A stretch of 64,000 nucleotides of DNA from Octopus vulgaris (Eukaryota). Below, in pieces: positions 25,521 through 37,903 of this stretch. Every line of letters begins with the position of its first letter. Position 1 is the first letter of the stretch. A program made the position numbers and the translations under genes. Under the pieces are notes generated by a model. The model saw only the letters and a list, made by a program, of their open reading frames with translations, was not told the origin of the DNA and searched no databases. The DNA is taken from contig OX597814.1 of assembly GCA_951406725.2 (NCBI GenBank), positions 96,844,001 through 96,908,000 on the forward strand, in the 5' to 3' direction.

Positions 25521-25952
25521 AGTTGAAAAAAGATGAGAGATCTAGACAAATCAAATTTTTATACATAAAAATGGAGGTGGAAATAGCACAGAAGTAAGTC
25601 TAAGATATTTCAATTCAAGAGGGAATTTAATAGAAATGATTTTAAGAATTATATAAAGTAAACATTACCAGTTTCGATGAATTTCATTTTATCAAATATC
25701 AGTAAAAATTTATAAAAATTTGAAGTAAAAACAGTTTATCTTCTGTGTGGGGGTCAAGAATATGTCTGACCTCCAGACAGAAGATAAACTATTTTTACTT
25801 CAAATTTTTATAAATTTTTACTGATATTTGATAAAATGAAATTCATCGAAACTGGTAATGTTTACTTTATATAATTCTTAAAATCATTTCTATTAAATTC
25901 CCTCTTAAATTGAAATATCTTAGACTTACTTCTGTGCTATTTCCACCTCCAT
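25521..25952. repeat. near-perfect palindrome (186-bp arms, 10-nt loop) with hammerhead-like motif and 50-nt one-sided tail
   Basis: Arms 25571-25756 and 25767-25952, about 4 mismatches by eye. Motif TTGATAA-aatgaa-a-ttcatc-GAAACTGGTA at 25828-25857. Confidence 0.9.
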
Positions 25953-25976
25953 CTGTTTTATTTATATATATATATA

Positions 25977-26375
25977 CCGTGCTGTGGGCACGTAACAAAC
26001 ACCATCCGATCGTGGCCGTTCGCCAGCCTCGTCTGGCACCTGTGTCGGTGGCACATAAGAAAACACCGAAAACACCATCCGAGCGTGGCCGTCTGCCAGC
26101 CTCGTCTGGCACCTGTGTCGGTGGCACATAAGAAAACACCATCCGAGCGTGGCCGTCTGCCAGCCTCGTCTGGCACCTGTGTCGGTGGCACATAAAATCA
26201 CCCACTACACTCTCGGAGTGGTTGGCGTTAGGAAGGGTATCCAGATGTAGAAACACTGCCAGATCTGACTGGCCTGGTGCAGCCTTCGGGCTTGCCAGAC
26301 CCCAGTTGAACCGTCCAACCCATGCTAGCATGGAAAGCGGACGTTAAACGATGATGATGATGATGATGATGATGA
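25977..26375 (+). mobile_element. young RTE-X-type 3' end with 3 near-identical ~63-bp minisatellite units
   Basis: aacaccatccgagcgtggccgtctgccagcctcgtctggcacctgtgtcggtggcacata x3, (GAT)n tail. Confidence 0.85.
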
Positions 26376-26469
26376 TATATGTATGTGTGTATGTATATAA
26401 AAAAACCAGTTAAATAGTAAATTAAAGGCAGTAGAGAACCCTATTTATTTATTTTTACAAGGGAAATGT

Positions 26470-26900
26470 TGACAGTGACTTCAAAGTCTTTGCTTACTTG
26501 CCATCATCAGGCTGTGGCTTGGCTTGGCTTGGCTTGGTTTTTCAAACCTTATACATAGTCTTTTGACAAGCGGGTGTTCATTTGGTGGATGTTTATGAAA
26601 ATTAGGTGTGGAGGAAATCTATTTGTAAAAAAACAGAAGTGTTTGCATAGGAAAAGAAAAGAGAGAAAGTATATGTTTATAGAGTTTGAGTAGAGAGACC
26701 AACATAGTAGGCACCATTTTCTTGCTTAAGGTTTTCTTTGACAGCAACTGCTTGTTGATAAAATGAGAGGGAATGTCATTTCTTTACATGTTATTGTTTG
26801 GTTTCATTGAAGCGTGTATGTATTGTTAGGTTTCAAAACTTAGGTCAGTATAGGAGTTCATGTATCTGGTTACATTGAGGTTACAGTTATTATTAGTAGA
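26470..26900 (-). mobile_element. degenerate Penelope-like 3' fragment
   Basis: Minus strand YYVGLS (GIY-YIG-like) followed by a CTGATGA motif at ~26505-26511. Confidence 0.35.
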
Positions 26901-26939
26901 ATGCTTTCAAAAGTCTAAACTGAATTTTATATATATAAG

Positions 26940-27520
26940 AAGGCGTGTGACCTAGTGGTCAGGGTGAGATCATGGTATTGATTCCCAAGTTGGCTGCTTG
27001 TTGTGTCTTGAATAAAACACTTTTATCTCATGTTGCTCCAACCCTCTCAGCTATAAATGGGTAACCCTGTGACAGACGGCATTCTGTTCAGGAGAAATTT
27101 AGCCTGCCTATCTGCCGGGGTAGCCTCATTCAAGATCTAAAACAATGCAAAACACATTGTGACCAGTAACATATAGCAACATTTGATACTCTGGTAGATA
27201 CTGTGATATGTATCAGTGCATGTGAAGGCACATGGCTAAGTGGTTAGTGTTGCACTCATGATTGCAAGATCGTGGGTTCGATCCCTAGACCAGGTGTTGC
27301 ATTGTATTCTTGAGCAAAGTACTTAATTTCATGTTGCTCTGCAATCATTTTGTTATCTGACATGTGGTACACAGTGCACTTGTACAGGCAATGTTGGTTT
27401 GATGGAGTGAGTGAGCTTATGTGTACACAAACATTTGATCACTATAAACAAACCATCTGTATGGTTGTTCAGCAAGAAATTGCTGAACCTTCATACATTG
27501 TCTAACAATGGGAGAGTCCA
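26940..27520 (+). mobile_element. two tRNA/CORE-type SINEs
   Basis: Heads ggcgtgtgacctagtggtc and ggcacatggctaagtggttag...gggttcgatccc, each followed by tcttga..aaa..act. Confidence 0.7.
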
Positions 27521-27543
27521 TGTTATATATGTGTGTGTGTGTG

Positions 27544-27599
<56 letters not shown>

Positions 27600-27603
<4 letters not shown>

Positions 27604-28112
27604 GAAACTGGGGATTCACGAATGGTTAATAAGGGCTGTACAGGCCCTATACAGAGATGCTGTCAGTAGGGTTATGATTGGAAATGAGCATAGTGTAGAA
27701 TTCCGGCTAGTAGTAGGGGTCCACCAAGAATCAGCCCTCATGCCCCTCTTATTCATCATAGTCCTCCAGGCAATAACAGAGGAATTCAAGATAGGTTGCC
27801 CCTGGGAACTCCTCTATGCTAATGATCTGGCCATCAAAGCAGAATCACTACTAGAACTAGAGAAGAAATTTCAAGTTTGGAAGCAAGGTTTAGAATCGAA
27901 GGGCCTTAGAGTTCTAGTAAGTAGGAAGGCAAACACATCACACACCTCCTCAGGTAGGTGGCCCTGCTCGATCTCTAGAAAAGGTGTAGGTAGAAATTCC
28001 ATAAGATGTACCCAATGTAAGCTATGGACACATAAGAGGTGCAGCAACATCAAAAGAAGATTAACCGGGAAGCTAGCTTTCACATGCAGCAGATGCACAG
28101 GACCAACAAATA
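27600..28112 (+). mobile_element. RTE-X LINE reverse transcriptase fragment with PHD-like Cys/His cluster
   Basis: GVHQESALMPLLF, ELLYANDL, then WPC..RKGVGRNSIRCTQCKLWTHKRCS..FTCSRC. Confidence 0.9.
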
Positions 28113-29531
28113 CCACATCGCCAGTCACATTTCCATCATAGAAAAACGGGCCATAAAGATGCTTCTTACAGATGGCACAAAACACATTCACTTTTGGTGA
28201 GTCCTTCTCATGCTCAACTGTGGCATGGGGAGTTTCTTCACCCCAAATGCAAACATTATGCTTATTGACTTTACCATTTGTATGAAATGTGGCTTCATCA
28301 CTGAAAACAAGATGTTCGTTGAACTTGGCTTCTTCAAATTTCAGTTCTATATTTAAGAGATGAGGAATTATGTACATTATTTACATTATTTGACAGATAT
28401 TTGTACTCATCTTGTTTGTTGTTAACACGTTTCGGCTGATATACCCTCCAGCCTTCATCAAGTGTCTTGGGGAAATTTCAAACATGGATTCTCATTCCTA
28501 AGGTATTTTTTGATGTTGTTATTATTATTATTATTATTATTATTAATCAGGTCACTGCCTGGAATTGAACTCAGATCTTGGTGTTAGTAGCCCGTGCTCT
28601 TAACCACTACGCCATATGCCCATGGGCATATGGCGTAGTGGTTAAATAATGAAATCAAAGAGAGGTTATCTTTATTACTTAGGAAAATAATCAGAGGTGA
28701 TGATAGAAAGAAAATCCAATAAGATCTTGGCCCACGGGCATATGACGTAGTGGTTAAGAGCGCTGCCTACTAACCCCAAGGTTCCGAGTTCGATTCCAAG
28801 CAGTGACTTGAACAATAATAATAATAATAATTATAATAATAACATCAAAAAATACCTTAGGAATGAGAACCCAGGTTCGAAATTTCCTCAAAACACCTGA
28901 TTAAGGCTGGAGGGTATATCAACCAAAATGTTAACAAACAAGATGAGGACAAATATCCATCAAATGTAAATAATGTTCTTCATATTTCTCTTGCATATCA
29001 ACACAGAACTGTTTGCGCTTTCGCTTGTCATCTGCCGTTATGGCCTGAACGAGCAGCAGCTTGTAGGGTTTCGTTAGCAAGCATTTCCTCAGAATGTGCC
29101 AGACTATCATTAAAGGAATCTGGGTTTCCAGACTTGTTCTTTTTATGGACATCTTGGGGCTTCGCAGGAGTTTTTGGCAAACCTCCTCGACCGTCTCTTC
29201 CAATGTTAATGGTCGTCCAGATCCTTTTGCCCTGCACAGACAGCTCTCCTCTTTGAATTTTTTGTGCCATGTCCAAATCTGCATTGCCATTGGTGACTTT
29301 TTAGAGAACTCTCTCACAAATGCATGGTGCACAGTCTTGTTCGACTATGTTCAAGCATACTCCAACACACTAAACACCTTTTCTCTTCCAGTGAATGCCA
29401 TTTCTATGCCTGAAAAGATAAACATATTAAACATAAAATTTTGATCTGTTTGAAGCCATTTGAAGTCATTTGAACAAGAACTGGTAAAGTTTTTAGATTG
29501 CAAAAGGATATCAAATTTTTTGAAACACCCT

Positions 29532-29532
<1 letters not shown>
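28113..29532 (-). mobile_element. Tc1/mariner-superfamily transposon, 3'-truncated, split by a palindromic insertion
   Basis: HTH part (..KGSGRP..KPYKLLLVQ..FCVDMQEK) joins FEEAKFNEHLVFSDEATFH..WG..SPKVNVFCAI..GPFF. One terminal repeat cagggtgtttcaaaaaa at 29516-29532. Confidence 0.9.
28343..28975. mobile_element. head-to-head inverted pair of a tRNA-headed SINE-like unit with hammerhead-type tail
   Basis: tRNA head tggcgtagtggtt/gagttcgattcc, (AAT)n, consensus CTGATGA-aggctg..cagcc-GAAACGT. TSD ttcttcaaatttc (28330-28342) / ttcttcatatttc (28976-28988). Confidence 0.85.
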
Positions 29533-29577
<45 letters not shown>

Positions 29578-30129
29578 AGGTTATAGGGTTCATGCAAGAA
29601 TTTTATAAATATAGGTGTGACAGGTTAAATTTCTTTAAAAGTGTAAGTCAGGGATAGTTCAAATTTGGTGATGTAGGCTTGTCTCTAAATACATTTTTAA
29701 CTAGGTTTGTAGGTTTAGGGTTAGGGTTAAGAAAGTTATATACACATAAACATCTGCAACACATATGAACATATAGGTTTTCTTTGACTTGCATCTATAA
29801 ATGCACATGTACACATACATAGATGCACACATATACTTACAGTGCTTAAGTATATATGTGCATCACACACCCAGATATATGTAGACATATGAGGGCAATC
29901 CTGAGGGAAGTACATAATCTGCAAATGAGCATGTGTATACAAATCCTCATTTTCAATTGTAGGTGATTATAAAAAGTTAGGTAGAATCTTTTTGTTCATA
30001 TTTACATACATACTTGTAGATAATTGTAGTAAATATAGATGGAAAGTTATGGAAGAAGCTCAAGTGTTAATTGTTAATAATATGGTTATTTATATCATCT
30101 GGATTAGTTTTTAAAGGGAGGAATTTGAA

Positions 30130-31990
30130 ATGTTTTAGCGTTCTAAACATTTTTATGTTTGCAGGAAGAGATTAGCTCAGAGTTATGGTTCAGTAGTTAA
30201 ATGTTGAATTAAAGAATTTGGTTGGATTCAGCTATAACGGAGTTGGTAATGTTTGTTATTTTGTTGGTATAGTTGTGTACAGATTAATATTTCAAGATGT
30301 GTTTAAATGGGGAAGAAATTTTTCCTACTTGGTTTGCAAAATGTATGCATGTGTTGATGGTATCTTATTTTTAACTTGTTAGCAGTGAACCCTATATATT
30401 TTTATTAAACTAAGTTTTTTATATCACTTATCACTTAACACATATGCATAAGTGCAATTCCATGAAATATTCACGCTTATTTACATGGCAGATATATGCA
30501 TTTTTAACTAAAGTTTGTATCATATATACAGGATTCTTTTTTTGTTTAATGGAAAAATAAGAATGAATATTTATTTTATGAGTGTTGTGTATTAAGTCTA
30601 TAAAATTGTGCATAAAGTATATAAAGTGTATTATGTAATTATCGTATTCCAATTTCTTTAACTTTTCAATGGGTAGCAGATGAGTGACCATCTTTCCATA
30701 TGGATACAACACAGACTACATTTTCAGATTTTTGGATAAAGTTTTGGATAAAGTTTTCAGGAATAACCCAATGGGTTTACCATTAATTCTGTGAAATATT
30801 TACAGGTCCTGCTAGTTTAGATAATTATAATTGAATATAGTTTCTTCAAAGATGCTGGATGTAGAGTATGATATTTTGATGTTGCATTGTTAATCAAGAT
30901 GTGGTACATGCAATTAGGGTGGAAGTGTTTATGAAGGATTTTGAAGAATTGGCTGGTTATTGTAGAGACTCATATGTTAAAAGGTTGATTGAACTAAGTT
31001 ATGTTTCTTTCCCTGCTTTCACATTTCTTATTTATAGTGGATGTGGTGTTGTTAGTGTGCTGGACTTTTTCTCTATCACTGATATTGTGTAATACTTCTT
31101 GTATACAGTTGCTATTTTGTTGAATACACATTCATTACATAAAGTGGAGAGTGTTAATGAGATGTTGACAATGTTTTTAATTATACTTTGTGTGGAGTTG
31201 GAGTCTGTATATACATTGGATTTGTTTTATAACATTTGTAAATGGAGATATTTAAGTTTGAATTGACATCAAGGAAGTTAACTCTTTTGAGATGTATGAT
31301 ACTGCAATAGAGATTCTTAAGGTTTTGAAGAAGTGGTGTAATTCTTTCCTAAACCTGTCTGTTTGCTGTGTTTTAAAACCTCTGTAGAGGAGTAGACCAT
31401 CTGAAATAAAGAAAAATTTTGCCTGATTTGCTGATATGTATAGACCAATGATGTCGCTGGCCTCAGCTGGGTCCTTTGATCCCACACTGACATCAAATGT
31501 TTCCTTGGGGGTTTTTTTGATCCAGTATGCATTGCTGTGAAACAGTAGGGATTTCCTGGCTTGTATTATTTTGATTTCTGTTTTTTGATTGTTGTTATTG
31601 ATTTGGCAATTTCCAAAGCTGTAATAAGTATTGCATAACTGTCCTTAATGTCAAACTGGAAGAAGTAATACTTGTTTTTGTTTAGTATCTTATTAAACTA
31701 ACCAGTCACAATATATGTGTTACTTTAGAAAAGTAAGGCTGAGGGTGATTTCATTTTGGGTGTGACTGCATCAATGATTTTCTTCCTAATGATGCCTAGG
31801 TTAGATTTAAAAGGGTTTATTAGTGTGATGAATAGGTAATTATTGAAATTGGGTGGTTGCTCATTGTAATATATGGGTATTTGTATGTTAAGATATCTAC
31901 TTTATCTTCAGTTTTTAAGCTAATGGCTTTTTTTTGTGGGTGGGGTATGACTGTTGTGTTTATATCATTTCAAAATGCATTATTTGTTTT
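30130..31990 (-). mobile_element. decayed Penelope-like element (RT plus GIY-YIG C-terminus)
   Basis: MGSKDPAEASDIIGLYI, DRFRKEL..FFK, VNFLDV, and the terminal LLNHNSELISSCKHKN. Confidence 0.85.
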
Positions 31991-33053
31991 TTTCACAGAA
32001 AATGAGGTAGAAAGATGTCAATTATAAGAATTAACACTAATCTGATAGAGGTCACTCATCTTGTCTAATTTTACAAACATTTACACTGTTTGAAGGCAGT
32101 CCGATTTTCTGCTTGATCTCATTCTGCAGAGTGTTCAATTGCTTGTTGAATCTTACGTTTTTTTGTTTTTTTTATCATTGTGAATACAATAAGCCTCGTT
32201 CAGTTTCCATCAACCAAATTCACTCACAAAGCATTGTTAGCTGTAGACTATAATATAAAAGACTTGCCCAAAGTGCTGTTGAGTGTGACTAAACTTGAAA
32301 TCATGTGGTTGAGATGCTTTTGTAACATTAAGTATCTGTACTTATATTTTGTATACCAGACTAATCACTTGAATGCACCCACATTTGAAGATTAATGCAA
32401 AACAAATTAACTACCATATAAACAATGTCATTAACTGTCTTACTTTGTAAACCATTGTTGGAACAAAAGAAATATTCTGAACAAAAACAAACAAAAAAAA
32501 TAAAACACAGTATTGGGTTCACAATCATAAGGCTGTGATTTCAGTTTCTGTTCTGAACTATTTGGCACTTTGTATCCTTAAACAAAGCACTTCATTTCCC
32601 CTTGATCCAGTCAGCACAACTAAAAAGGTGCATGAGCAACAGCTGAGGGCTAACCCTACTATACATTGGTGTTCCACTTAGAGAGAAGTTAGTTAGTCTT
32701 AGTCACTTAAATACCATGGAAACTAGCATGAGCCTAATGAACCTGTAGGCTTGAGAGAGAGTTTAATCCCAAACAAACTAATCACCAACACAAGCCTTTT
32801 TTTTTTTTTTAGGACTTGTATTTTCAGTTTGTTATTCAAAAGAACAGCATAAGGTATAACATAAAATTTGTGTACATTTTAGATAAAGAAAATATTGATT
32901 TTTTATCATGAGAAAGAAAACGAACTTCAAAGAGCTGTGCTTGGTGGAGTTGTCTAGCTGGTATTTACTTCGTTGACTTTAGTGGGATGAAAGCTGTCAA
33001 CTCAAACTCTGAATGTAAAAGTACATAATGCTTTTCTTTTCTGGTGCTGTACT

Positions 33054-33846
33054 CATCATCATCATCATCGTTTAATGTCTGCTTTCCATGCTAGCATGGG
33101 TTGAACGATTTGACTGAGGGCTGGTGAAGCAGATGGCTGCACCAGGCTCCAGTCTTGATCTGGCAGAGTTTCTACAGCTGGATGCCCTTCCTAACGCCAA
33201 CCACTCCGAGAGTGTAGTGGGTGCTTTTACGTGCCACCAGCATGGGGGCTAGTCAGGCAGTACTGGCAATGACCTCGCTCGAATCTTTTTACTCATGCCA
33301 CTGGCACAGGGGCCAGTAAGGCGACACTGGTAAAGATCACGCTCAAACGATGTCTTTTATGTGCCACTGGCATGGAAGCCAGTTAGCCGCTCTGGCAACA
33401 ATCACATTCGGATGATGCTCTTAGCACCCTACTAGCACGGGGCACAAGTGCCAGTAAGGCGACGCTGGTAATGATCACATTTGAATGGTGCCTTTTATGT
33501 GCCAGTGGCACGGGAGCCAGTTAGCTGCTCTGTCAACGATCACACTCATATGGTGCTCTTTGCACCCCGCTAGCACGGATGCCAGTCATTGAAGTTGATT
33601 TTGATTTCACTTGCCTCAACAGGTCTTCGCAAGCAGAGTTTAGTGTCCAAAGAAGGAAAAGGTACACATATGTGGGCTGGTTACGCTCCTGGCATAGGCC
33701 GCAAGGTTATGGTCTCATTTGGCTTGCCGGGTCTTCTCACGCACTTCATATTTCCAAAGGTCTTGGTCACTAGTCATTTCCTTGGTGAGGCCTTAAAGTT
33801 CGAAGGTCGTGCTTCACCACTTCATCCCAGGTCTTCCTGGGTCTAC
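33054..33846 (-). mobile_element. RTE-X-type LINE 3' end with ORF C-terminus and long minisatellite
   Basis: Minus strand RPRKTWDEVVKHDLRTL..EMTSDQDLWKY..EKTRQAK*, then 3'UTR and (GAT)n. Confidence 0.88.
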
Positions 33847-35935
33847 TATTTTTGCCATTTCACACTTCTACATGAGAAAATATATGTAAAACATGAACTG
33901 TTAGAGATAACTGTACTCTCTTATGTTTCTTCTTTCTTTAAATGGTAATTTCTAATATAGGGTATATGGGAGAGGGGAGCAGTTACTTATATCACCCCCA
34001 CCTGACTAGTACTACATTTTATTGACACCAGAAGAACAAAAGAACACTGACCACAGTAGAATTTGAACTCAGAACATAATTGGCTGTTACTAAATACTAC
34101 AAGGTATTTTATCCATGCTTCTGTCATTTCTACCAGTCTACCATTCTGTTCTTTCTGTAACTCCATATTAGACTCAAATATTCTACCTGTTTAATGTTCA
34201 AACCAGCCAGATCCCACATCTCACACCTACCCTACAATGTCATTCTAAAAGTAAACAATCACATCACTGGAATCTTGAAGCTACAAGATAATACATAATT
34301 AATTCAAAACAATGTGAATATATAAGCTTTGTATTTAACAGAGTAATCTGAATGCTAAAGAATTAGAGTAAAATTCATGTATCTTTTACCTTTTACTAGC
34401 TTCAGTCATTGAAATGCAGCCATGCTAGGGTATGCTGTATGTTATACTCATTTACGAGTTTTATTTTCCAATCACATTTTCTTGTCAATTGCTACCAGGA
34501 TATCTCTTCTGATGTCTATCAGGATGTCTGTGTCTTAATGTCTGTCTATCAGGATATATATATTTTACAGTCTATTTAGATATGTGTTCTAACAATTTTC
34601 AACTTTCATATAAATGAGCTCTTATACTTGTTTAACTCCTTATACAGAATGAGCTAAAATAAATTTATCTTCCACTCCTTTACTCTTGTATGTATATCAA
34701 TTGTACTTGAACAGGAACTAGTCTCTAACTGCTTAGAGGTTTATTAATATCAATGAACATATTTACATTCATCTAAGCTGCCTTCAGTTACTATCAGTCA
34801 GTTTTAGCTTACACACTAATATATTGTTTCTATCTTTGGATTAAAAAATATCACCTGAAGAAGCTTGAAAATAATTAACTTTAAACAACTAACTGTAAGT
34901 TCTTTCTTTCTCTTTCCATTTATTTTTCTCTTTCTTTGTATAAATTCTCTTTACAAAAATTGAAAAACACTATTGATGCTTATAGTGTTTTAGTATACAA
35001 AAATGTGATCATACAAAGAATACTCATTTTACTTGTTAGACTTCAGCGATGCTGGGTATCTTATGTATGTCCCTGCTGGAACTTTGAACATATATCCCCT
35101 TGTTAATGTCTAAGTGATGTCGATTGAGTCCCTCTGTATTTTCTTTTTTCTTTTTCATTTAACTTCTCATATGAATAATTTTGTTGTTCGGACACTTGAC
35201 TTAGTTTAAAAATCTAAATGTGTATTCACTATTTAATCTTAAGTTAAACCAACTATAGATTTCAAATTTCAGCATTTTCTCAAATATATGCCTTATAAAC
35301 AGTGTTACACCATCCACTTTCTTTTCTCATACATAAACACTTTAACATTATGTTCATTGACTTGAGCTGTACAAACTTATCATTTTTCATTATATGTAGA
35401 AAATACTTTCAGGTACTTTACTAATTGTTTGTTTCATGCTAAAGTTGGTTCTCCCCACATGGTCGTAGCTTACTGGTGGAACAATCGTAATATTATTTGG
35501 GGTTTTGTTTAATTTTAAAACAAAATAAAATCTTGATCCTTGTTAAATTAAAAATATATTATTTTGATATCCCTAATGTTTACATTTTGAAAATTTTAAT
35601 CACTGTTTATATTTATTTTAAAAGAAAATTTGCTCTTCAGATTTTAATTCAAACTCCAATCTTCTGCCTGAAGATTAAATTTAAGGAATATAGCTGTTTT
35701 GTGTAAGACCATTTACATTATACTATAAGCAATATCTTTGATCTAACAAGGGGTTAATTTATCTTCTGGAGTAAAAATTTACCTGGCAAAGTGTAAAAAT
35801 AATATACCCGAAAATGAAGTGTTCTATAATGTTTAAGTGTAAAACCTTACTCAAGATCTTCCCTTTTCTGTTTTCTATGTCTCCCCACCCCCTTTATTTT
35901 AAAGTAAAGTGTTGAATGGCAAAATACATCTAGCT

Positions 35936-36170
35936 CAGTGTTTCTCAACCATTTTTCTTACCTACAGACCTCTTTGATTCCTATTTTACTCCGATAAGCT
36001 CTTGTAACCGTTCGATGCTTTAAAACTCATATTATATTTTTATCATCAAATATCATTAAAAATTGTTTAAAATATTTTGTGAAATATAGAAGCATAACAA
36101 ATTTATTGCAAATAAATTTTAATAACAAAATTTTACATAGACCCCCATGGACCCTGGTTGAGAACCACTG
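35936..36170. mobile_element. hAT (Charlie-type) MITE
   Basis: Ends CAGTGTTTCTCAACC / GGTTGAGAACCACTG; degenerate 8-bp TSD atctagct / gtctagtt. Confidence 0.85.
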
Positions 36171-36698
36171 GTCTAGTTGGTGGATAAAGACAAAAGAAGA
36201 ATTAACAATCAGTATCCTAGTTATTTATCAGTAAATACTTTACTGTCCACTCTATAGCTTTGATACTTTAATACTTATTGTGATTTGTTAATTCTTTAAA
36301 ATATTCATTACAAAGAACTGTATGAATAATTTGGTTTTCCCACAACTCACAACCTGTGCTTAAGGCCTGTCTGTCAATGAGGTTATTCATTTGAATGTTT
36401 AGCCTCAGCTACTGTATTTTTTAAAAGATATGAATGTTTATGAAATGACATAAACTTCCTGTAAGTACTTTACTATCAAGAACATTCTTTGTTTATCTTC
36501 TTTTTAAATATTATTGCTGTAATGTGCAATTTAAGTTTTCTTTTCTTTCTTTTTTTTTTATTAGTTTTTTAATATATTCAGATAGATACACTTACTACTT
36601 AAATATACTTTGCTTTAAATAAACTTTGAACCAAAAACTACTGAAAACAATAACTAAAATCACAGTGGAAAATAAGTTATGTTGACCATATCTCCACC

Positions 36699-36702
<4 letters not shown>

Positions 36703-36794
<92 letters not shown>

Positions 36795-36797
36795 CTC
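36703..36797. repeat. (CT)n/(CTAT)n microsatellite
   Basis: Read directly from the sequence. Confidence 0.95.
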
Positions 36798-37903
36798 TTT
36801 TCCCTCACATACACATAATAAAACACACACACACACACAAAGTATGCCTTTACTGAAAAGCAGTGCTTCAAATTTGAAGATAGTAATGCTTTCAAAAATG
36901 TATATTTTCAAACACTTATATTTTGCTTGTTACATTAGTTTTCTGGAGTCTTTATATATATATATATATTTTTAATCTATCCTATATATTTTATTTGTTT
37001 CTATAGCTTTTCACTTATTGATTTTAATTCTTTCTTACATAGAATGAAGAAAGTTAAATACAGCACACATTTTCTCTACAAGTGACCCTGAACCTGAATG
37101 CGGTCTTTATAAGAATATTACATATAAAGTAAAACCTTTAAAGATCTTCCATTGATGTCTTCTGGGCTTCTACATATTAGAACGACCTTGGAAGGATTTC
37201 AACTCAGATCTGTAAGCACAATTTTTTTTTTCATGACTCAGTTAACTTAGATGTCTTGTCGGTTCCTAATGGTTCCATAATTGTTTAGATTAAGGCATAA
37301 AGTTTTACCTTGCCAATATATTTAACATATTCAATAAAGCTTTTGGAATCATCAAAAAATATGTTATGATTTAAGATTCTGAAACTTTAAGATTTTGCTC
37401 ATTTTTGGATTAATATAACCCTTCTTCTTCATTCATTATAATTGCATCTCCTCATCCTTAATACATATCTAACCGTGCCTTACTTCCCTCATACTCTCTT
37501 ACAACACCTACTCACTGACACTTCCTGTTCTTCTGTCCCCAGTTACTTCTGTTCACTGTTTTGAACTTGAGGGCCTGGCATCTCATCACCACTTTCTTAT
37601 CTCTCTTTCCAGCTCCACCTTGGTTGCTCCAATACACTCTTCTGCAACAAGAAACCTGTTCCAGTACCGTCTTTTATACTCCAACCTTTCATCACCTAGT
37701 ATAAGCCACTTTGTTGTGGAAGTTTGTTGACATTTTCCTGTCAACAAATTATCTGGTAGTTCCTTGCTTTCAAAGATAATCAGAACAAAACTTCCCTTGC
37801 TTGAAAAAGAGTGTTAGTGACAGAAAGGACATCCAGCCGTAAAAACAATGCCAACTAAAATGTATTTGTCTAACCCATGCTAGAATGGTAAAAATGGATG
37901 TAA

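Noticed and set aside
28737-28810. tRNA gene
   Set aside because: It has A/B boxes but no convincing acceptor stem or poly-T terminator and continues into a repeat body, so it is a SINE head. The same applies to the heads at 2139, 7500-7575 and 39873.
29714-29731. Telomeric TTAGGG repeats beside a Penelope element
   Set aside because: Only two full units, too few to support a telomere-derived or telomere-targeted origin.
34715-34894. Apparent exon bounded by AG and GTAAGT (similar sites at ~36460 and 37042)
   Set aside because: All frames are closed and LRR-like remnants continue on both sides, so these are more likely chance sites in pseudogene DNA. A non-coding exon cannot be excluded.
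35110-35215. Minus-strand short frame resembling a terminal exon
   Set aside because: Weak acceptor, no partner exons, and it overlaps clearer + strand LRR remnants.
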